A stretch of 64,000 nucleotides of DNA from Desulfobacterales bacterium (lineage in GTDB: Bacteria; Desulfobacterota; Desulfobacteria; Desulfobacterales; UBA5616). Under the pieces are notes generated by a model, which saw only the letters and a list, made by a program, of their open reading frames with translations, did no database searches and was not told the DNA's origin. Position numbers and translations under genes: made by a program. Location of the stretch: NCBI GenBank assembly GCA_046483495.1, contig JAWODC010000067.1:41627-105626 (forward strand), written 5' to 3'. Shown here one piece after another: positions 58,619 to 64,000 of this stretch. Position 1 is the first letter of the stretch; each line of letters starts with the position of its first letter.

Positions 58619-59836
58619 TTATTCGAAAACACCTTCGGCCATGCATTCCACGAGCTCCTCATCCGACATGTTCAAAATTTCGGAGCAGATAAATTCCACG
58701 TGCTGGCCCAGCAGGGGGGACGGCATTCGCGGCCGGCTGGGCGTCTTTGAAAGCATGTATGCCGGACTGTCATAGGTTGTTTTCCCCATAACAGGGTGAT
58801 CCATAACCCAATAATGGTTTCGATGCTTTAGTTGCGGATCTGCATGCAGGTCCTTCGCGTTCTGGATAACACCGCAGGCAATGCCGTTTGCCTGCATTAT
58901 GGCCATAACGTCTTCCGGGGTGTGGTTCACCGTCCATTCGGCCACCAGTATATCGAGTTCTTCAGCGTTCTCGACTCTTCCGGCCGGACTTTGAAAGCGC
59001 TCTTCATTCCCCCATTCCGGATTTCCCAGGACGGCAAGAAAATGTTCCCATTCCTCATCCGTAAACACCGCGATGGCGCACCATCGGTCTTCCCCTTTGC
59101 ACGGATAGGCGCCGTGAGGGGATGCATAGGGGTGGCGGTTGCCCTGGCGTTGCTGCACCCGGCCGTTTACCGTGTAGTCGATAATTGCCGTGTCCAGGCA
59201 GTGGATGGCCGTTTCCAATTGAGACAATTCGATGTACTGCCCGATCCCCGTTCTTCGCCGGTAGTCCAGAGCAGCGATAACGGCCGCTGCCGCCATATGC
59301 GGAACGAAAAAATCCGTATAAGGACCATAGGCTCCGATCGGATCACCGTCAGGCCAGCCCGTCAGATGATTGACGCCGGCCAATGCCTGGAGAACATGGC
59401 CGTAACTGGGATGATTGGAATAGGGGCCGTTTCTGCCCTGAGCCGACATGCTGATCATGATGATGTCCGGTTTGACTGCTTTGAGATCATCGTAGGAAAG
59501 CCCGAATTTCTCGATAATGCCCGGCGTGAAACTTTCCAGCACCACATCCGAAACAGCGACAAGGCGCTTGGCGATTTCAACGGCCTTCGGCTTTTTGAGA
59601 TTGAGCGTAAAACTGTATTTATTGGCGTTTTGGTTGGCGAAATACCCGCTGTTGTCCTCCCCCCATACACCGTCTTTGAACGGTCCGACCACACGTAAAA
59701 GATCAATATTAGCGGATGATTCCACTCGAATGACTTCAGCGCCGTTGTCGGCCAGATGCCTGGCGGTCTGCGGCCCAACGGCGTACCATGAAAAATCGAC
59801 GACTCTTATGCCTTTAAATACCCGTGTCCCATGCAT
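58619..59836 (-). CDS. Class III CoA-transferase (subunit with catalytic Asp)
   Basis: GAEVIRVES, ESFTPG, PYTDF, SPHGAYPCKGEDRW, SPLLGQH. Confidence 0.92.
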   Translation of the reverse strand: MHGTRVFKGIRVVDFSWYAVGPQTARHLADNGAEVIRVESSANIDLLRVVGPFKDGVWGEDNSGYFANQNANKYSFTLNLKKPKAVEIAKRLVAVSDVVLESFTPGIIEKFGLSYDDLKAVKPDIIMISMSAQGRNGPYSNHPSYGHVLQALAGVNHLTGWPDGDPIGAYGPYTDFFVPHMAAAAVIAALDYRRRTGIGQYIELSQLETAIHCLDTAIIDYTVNGRVQQRQGNRHPYASPHGAYPCKGEDRWCAIAVFTDEEWEHFLAVLGNPEWGNEERFQSPAGRVENAEELDILVAEWTVNHTPEDVMAIMQANGIACGVIQNAKDLHADPQLKHRNHYWVMDHPVMGKTTYDSPAYMLSKTPSRPRMPSPLLGQHVEFICSEILNMSDEELVECMAEGVFE

Positions 59837-59849
59837 GCCTCATTCCCCC

Positions 59850-61115
59850 TTATATTATTGCGGCTTTTTTCATCGCCTGCATGTCATTTTTTGTGAATCC
59901 GAGTTCCTCCCGGTAAATTTCCTGATTGTGTTCACCCATCAGCGGTGCCCGGTTTTTGATCCGCCAAGGCGTTCGGCTGAGCTTGTACGGCGCACCCGGG
60001 TAGGTAATTGAACAGCCCAATTCCGGGTGGTCCACATCAACAAAATAGCCTCTTGTTTTCAGCTGGGCATATTCAACAAGATCCATGGGGGTCTGCACCG
60101 GGACCCACCCGAAATGGTGTTCGAACGCTTTTTTGTACAATTCAGCTTTCGTATGTGCCTTCAGGAAGGGCATTCGCAATTCTTGAAATCGGTCCAATTC
60201 CTCCTGGGTCAGTGCCTGGCTCAAAGAAAGAGTTCCCCCTTCGATCTGTTCCCAGATATCGATCAGACCGGCCAATTCGGCAGCATCTTCTGCAAATCCG
60301 GCATCTTTTAACCATTGAACGAACACGTTTAAATCGTTTGGCGACCAGCAAGCCATATATCCGTCTTTGCAGGGATAGACGGCCCGAACCACGCGGTCTC
60401 CCAAAGCCCGTGAACAGCCGGTCCGTTTGAAAATCAGTTTCTGGAGGTCCCAGCCCTGCTGGGTGGTATCCAGCGTATTGCTCACCGCCTCCTGCATGGA
60501 AACATCCACATGCTGACCCTCGCCTGAAGTCTCGCGGTGGTAGTGGGCCACCATCGTACCGGCGGCAGCTTGAGCGCCGGCCTGGGCATAGGCCTGCTGC
60601 GCACTGACACGAACGGGCGGGCGATCCGGATCCCCCATGAGGTACATCAACCCCCCCATGGCTAAGGCGGTAATGTCCGAAGATTTATATTCCGCATACG
60701 GGCCGCTTTGGCCGTAAGGGGTAATGGATGTCATGACGATGCGTGAATTGGTGCGGTTTAAATCGTCGTATCCCATCCCCATTTTTTCCATGAATCCCGG
60801 ATAGAAGCACTCGATAACGAAATCCGCTGTTTGGGCCAGTTTTTTAAAAATCGATTGTCCTTCCGGTTTCGTTATATCGAGCGTAATGCTTCGTTTGCTG
60901 GTATTGAACGTGAACCAATAGAGGCTCTTTTCCGGATCGGGAATATCATGGTAAAAGGGGCCTATCTGTCGCATGGCATCCCCTCCGGGGGGTTCTATCT
61001 TTATAACGTCCGCTCCTAGATCGGCTAAAATTCTGCCGCATAGGACGCCGGATTCATCACTCAAGTCCAGAACCCGGAAGGGCTCCAGCAGGGTATTCGG
61101 CGGAGTGTTGCCCAT
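59850..61115 (-). CDS. Class III CoA-transferase (BbsE-like subunit)
   Basis: RVLDLS, LGADVIKIEPPGG, NTSKRSITLD, APLMGEHN; ATG at 61115 preferred. Confidence 0.92.
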   Translation of the reverse strand: MGNTPPNTLLEPFRVLDLSDESGVLCGRILADLGADVIKIEPPGGDAMRQIGPFYHDIPDPEKSLYWFTFNTSKRSITLDITKPEGQSIFKKLAQTADFVIECFYPGFMEKMGMGYDDLNRTNSRIVMTSITPYGQSGPYAEYKSSDITALAMGGLMYLMGDPDRPPVRVSAQQAYAQAGAQAAAGTMVAHYHRETSGEGQHVDVSMQEAVSNTLDTTQQGWDLQKLIFKRTGCSRALGDRVVRAVYPCKDGYMACWSPNDLNVFVQWLKDAGFAEDAAELAGLIDIWEQIEGGTLSLSQALTQEELDRFQELRMPFLKAHTKAELYKKAFEHHFGWVPVQTPMDLVEYAQLKTRGYFVDVDHPELGCSITYPGAPYKLSRTPWRIKNRAPLMGEHNQEIYREELGFTKNDMQAMKKAAII

Positions 61116-61343
61116 CGGAAATCCTTTCTGTAGTTGGTGTTTGCATCGGGTAGGTATACCGGATGTATTCCAAAAAAGTTTTGTCGAAGATATGACAAGC
61201 GGCACACGCGTTTGCATGGGGGTGGCTGATGCCGCAGCAATAGGCTGTCTACTCCGGTATCATGTCGGCGGTGGAAAATCTTTCACCGCCGTCCGGATGT
61301 AAAAAATACAAACTTTTTTTGTGAATAGAACCGCTGAAAGCGG

Positions 61344-61625
61344 CTATTCGGTCATCACACGGTCAAATGCCTCGATGGTGATTCCGGGGCACGTGCTGAA
61401 TGAAACACCGGTTAATTGCGTCAGGGCTACCGATGCCTTCATTGCAGATTCGATATCCGGTAAATCGACACAGAACATCAGGTCATACTCTCCGAGCAGT
61501 GCGTGCATGGCAATCACTACTCCTCCGAGCTTTTTGATTTCCTCGATTCCTTTTTGGGTCCTGGTGATGCTGATGTCTTTGACCGTATCGGCATTGTATT
61601 TGCCGAACATAAAAAAAGTTGCCAT
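61344..61625 (-). CDS. GYD-domain small protein
   Basis: MATFFMFGKY...LGG...LGEYDL; RBS GGAGG. Confidence 0.8.
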   Translation of the reverse strand: MATFFMFGKYNADTVKDISITRTQKGIEEIKKLGGVVIAMHALLGEYDLMFCVDLPDIESAMKASVALTQLTGVSFSTCPGITIEAFDRVMTE

Positions 61626-61712
61626 TTGGAAGTGCCTCCCTTCCAAATCAAACGGTGAGGTGTCGGGTGTCGGTGGTCAGCGGAGTTCTTCATATTCGCA
61701 TCAACTTTTTTA

Positions 61713-61740
61713 TTTAATCAAAAAAGGCCTTTCAAGTCAA
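61713..61740 (-). promoter_or_regulatory. Sigma70-type promoter for the GYD gene
   Basis: TTGACT-N17-TTAAAT on the minus strand. Confidence 0.4.
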
Positions 61741-61861
61741 TATAATCCATTTCAAATCTCCCGATCCCTTTCCCGTCCCGCCCGTCGCGCTCGTCTCGTC
61801 GTTTCCGGCCAACGCAAAAATAGAGACAATTGCCCATTGCCGGATGAACAAAAGGTAATAT

Positions 61862-61891
61862 TTGACTTGGGATTTCCTTTTCCGGTATAGT
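61862..61891 (+). promoter_or_regulatory. Sigma70-type promoter for the PIG-L/DinB pair
   Basis: TTGACT-N18-TATAGT. Confidence 0.5.
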
Positions 61892-61954
61892 CTGTTTCCG
61901 ATCCGGCTGAAATCCAACCCCATACCCGTTGATTGACGGTTCGGCTGAGAATGT

Positions 61955-62818
61955 ATGACCGGCATGCACGATCGAATACATTATCATGACTTCACCCTGA
62001 TGGCCGTTCACGCACATCCGGATGATGAATCCATCGGCACCGGCGGAATATTGGCCAAATATGCATCTGAGGGTGTACGGACCGTTGTCGTTTATTGTAC
62101 GCGGGGCGAGGAGGGGGATATTATCAATCCGGAATTCGTTTTGCCCGATCCTGCCATGTCCATGATCGATGTTCGAATGCAGGAGCTCGGTAAGGCCCTT
62201 GCGGTCCTGAAAGTCGGTTCCGTCTATTTTCTTGGATATCGCGATTCGGGCATGGCGGGAAGTCCAAAGAACACCAACCCGTCGGCATTCGCCATGGCTG
62301 ATGTTCAAAAGGCTTCAGGCCGCCTGGTGGACATCATCCGCGAAACACGGCCGGATGTTATAGTAACCTATAATGAAAAGGGGCTTTATGGTCATCCGGA
62401 TCACATCATGGCAAATAGAATAACACAAGCCGCGTTTCATGCGGCCGGGAATCCCGAATGCAGCGGGGAAAAGGCGCTGCCTGTCTGGCAGCCGAAAAAA
62501 CTGTATTACACGGCCCTTTCCCTGAACCGGATGCGGGAAATGCAGCGGATCGCCCAAGAGCGGGGGGAAGATCTCGGGCTGGATCCCGATTTACTAGGGA
62601 CACCGGATGACCGGATTACGACATGTATTGACGTGGAAGCCTTCCTGCCGAAAAAATTTCAGGCGCTGTTCTGCCATCGAAGTCAGGTCGGGCCGGATAT
62701 TTTCTTCAAGCAGGTGCCTCGACATCGGGTTAACGCCTTTTTCAAGTATGAATATTTTGTATGCATTTCAGGCTGCAAAAAGACATTTGGCGAAAAAGAC
62801 TTGTTTGAAGGAATTTGA
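61955..62818 (+). CDS. PIG-L family deacetylase/amidase (MshB/Mca-like)
   Basis: AHPDDE, TRGEEG, LGYRDSGM, RPDVIVTY, YGHPDH, HRSQ. Confidence 0.9.
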   Translation: MTGMHDRIHYHDFTLMAVHAHPDDESIGTGGILAKYASEGVRTVVVYCTRGEEGDIINPEFVLPDPAMSMIDVRMQELGKALAVLKVGSVYFLGYRDSGMAGSPKNTNPSAFAMADVQKASGRLVDIIRETRPDVIVTYNEKGLYGHPDHIMANRITQAAFHAAGNPECSGEKALPVWQPKKLYYTALSLNRMREMQRIAQERGEDLGLDPDLLGTPDDRITTCIDVEAFLPKKFQALFCHRSQVGPDIFFKQVPRHRVNAFFKYEYFVCISGCKKTFGEKDLFEGI

Positions 62819-62842
62819 AAACCGGGAAAGGGGGTACAGGAC

Positions 62843-63364
62843 GTGAGCACCATAACCTACTTTAAGCGGGCCTTGAAGGATATGCATGGCAACTATGTGG
62901 ATGCGGTCAAGGATCTAACCGATGAACAGCTTCATTTCAGGCCGCTGGACAAGGGGCACCACATCGCTTTCGCCCTCTGGCATGTGGTCCGAACAGAAGA
63001 CATGGTGATCAATTTTCTACTGCAGAAAAAAACACCCGTTTGGAATGCCCGGGAGTGGGACAAAAAGCTGGGTATGGATCCTCAGGCTCAGGGCACAGGG
63101 ATGAACGCGGAGCAGGCGGCTGCCGTAAGGATATCCAGCCTGCCGGATTTTCTGGCGTATATGGATGCGGTCGGCAAGGAAACAGACGCATACCTGGATA
63201 CGTTAAAGGATGAAGATCTGGATATCGTAAACGAACTGCCGGTTCTCGGAAAGAGAAGCCTCTGCGAGGTGATCGGCGGCATTGCGCTGGTCCATGCAGC
63301 CGAGCATCTTGGGGAGATCTGGTACATAAAGGGCCTTTTGGGATTGAAAGGCAGTGCGATGTAA
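62843..63364 (+). CDS. DinB-superfamily (S-transferase-like) protein
   Basis: LTDEQL, LWHVVRTED, VHAAEHLGE His triad. Confidence 0.85.
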   Translation: MSTITYFKRALKDMHGNYVDAVKDLTDEQLHFRPLDKGHHIAFALWHVVRTEDMVINFLLQKKTPVWNAREWDKKLGMDPQAQGTGMNAEQAAAVRISSLPDFLAYMDAVGKETDAYLDTLKDEDLDIVNELPVLGKRSLCEVIGGIALVHAAEHLGEIWYIKGLLGLKGSAM

Positions 63365-63382
63365 TCGAGAGCGGCGGGCGGA

Positions 63383-63404
63383 TCCGGGGGACGTTTCCCC
63401 CGGA
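63383..63404. terminator. GC-rich hairpin between convergent genes
   Basis: TCCGGGGGA-CGTT-TCCCCCGGA; no U-tract. Confidence 0.45.
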
Positions 63405-63415
63405 CCGTGTCGATC

Positions 63416-64000
63416 TTACCTGAGCATCTCGAGAGCGAGCTTAGCCAGCCGGAGCAGCCGGTTTTTGAAGAAAACGGGATCGATATCGCCGGTGTCTCCC
63501 ATAACGCCTTCCACATACCGGCGATAAACGCCCTGGCTGATGGCGGCCAGACGCCAATAGGAAAGCGCCCGATAATAATTGATGCCTCCGAGATTCCTGC
63601 CGGTGGTCTTTTCATAGTAATCGGTCAATTCATCCCGGGAGGGAAATCCACCCACGGCGGTAGGTGCGCCGTCGCCCTTGCCCAGTTCCACTTCATCGGC
63701 CGTATACCACCAGTTCAACAGGTACCCTACATCCGCCAGAGGATCTCCCAGGGTGCATAGCTCCCAATCGAGGATAGCGGCGATTCGGTAATCCTTTACA
63801 ATGAAATTGCCGATGCGGTAATCACCGTGGGCGATGACGGCGCCGATCTGTTCCGGCATGTTTTCCTTGAGAAGTCTCCCGACTTCATCCATTTCCGGTA
63901 CTTCTTCGGTTTTTGATTTTTCCCACTGCTTGGTCCACCGGTGAACCTGACGCGCAACGTAGTCTTCTTTTTTGCCCAGATCACCGAGCCCCACATCATC
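63416..64000 (-). CDS. APH-like phosphotransferase (ACAD10/11 kinase-domain-like), 5' part outside window
   Basis: RQVHRW, HGDYRIGN, ILDWELCTLGDPLAD. Confidence 0.85.
   Translation of the reverse strand, partial: DDVGLGDLGKKEDYVARQVHRWTKQWEKSKTEEVPEMDEVGRLLKENMPEQIGAVIAHGDYRIGNFIVKDYRIAAILDWELCTLGDPLADVGYLLNWWYTADEVELGKGDGAPTAVGGFPSRDELTDYYEKTTGRNLGGINYYRALSYWRLAAISQGVYRRYVEGVMGDTGDIDPVFFKNRLLRLAKLALEMLR

Noticed and set aside
61200..61216. Sigma54-like CGGCAC...TTGCA
   Set aside because: GG-to-GC spacing is 11 rather than 10 and it points away from the adjacent genes
178..63999. Numerous long antisense or alternate-frame ORFs (e.g. 21303..22379, 52216..53199, 58832..59698, 44436..45245)
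   Set aside because: Shadow ORFs over well-supported genes, with no motifs or RBS; expected from codon bias

Overview
A housekeeping and metabolic chromosomal window from an anaerobic deltaproteobacterium. Gene content and protein similarity suggest Desulfobacterales, which is an inference. No rRNA, tRNA, CRISPR array, integrase, transposase or defence gene was recognised. Core genes are the guaB 3' end, dnaE, fabH, gltA, rsmA, aspS, hisS and lrp-dapL-lysA. There are two CoA-dependent catabolic clusters, each with a pair of class III CoA-transferases, plus a NifS/YedF selenium module and a PAC2/J-domain cluster. Two things stand out. (1) At 3.7-14 kb, manC is followed by a type IV minor-pilin operon (FimT/PilV/PilW/PilX-like) whose PilW-like protein carries a 45-aa mucin-like Ser/Thr tract; this operon faces a three-gene operon with a polyprenol-phosphate-sugar synthase-like GT2 and a GT-C/TPR membrane glycosyltransferase. 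Together these are a candidate pilus-tip O-glycosylation (possibly mannosylation) system. (2) A ~145-nt dispersed palindromic element occurs as 3 full copies and several remnants. Its stems covary between copies, its internal loops are conserved, and it repeatedly fuses with stop codons. All functional calls come from motif recognition only; no database searches were run.
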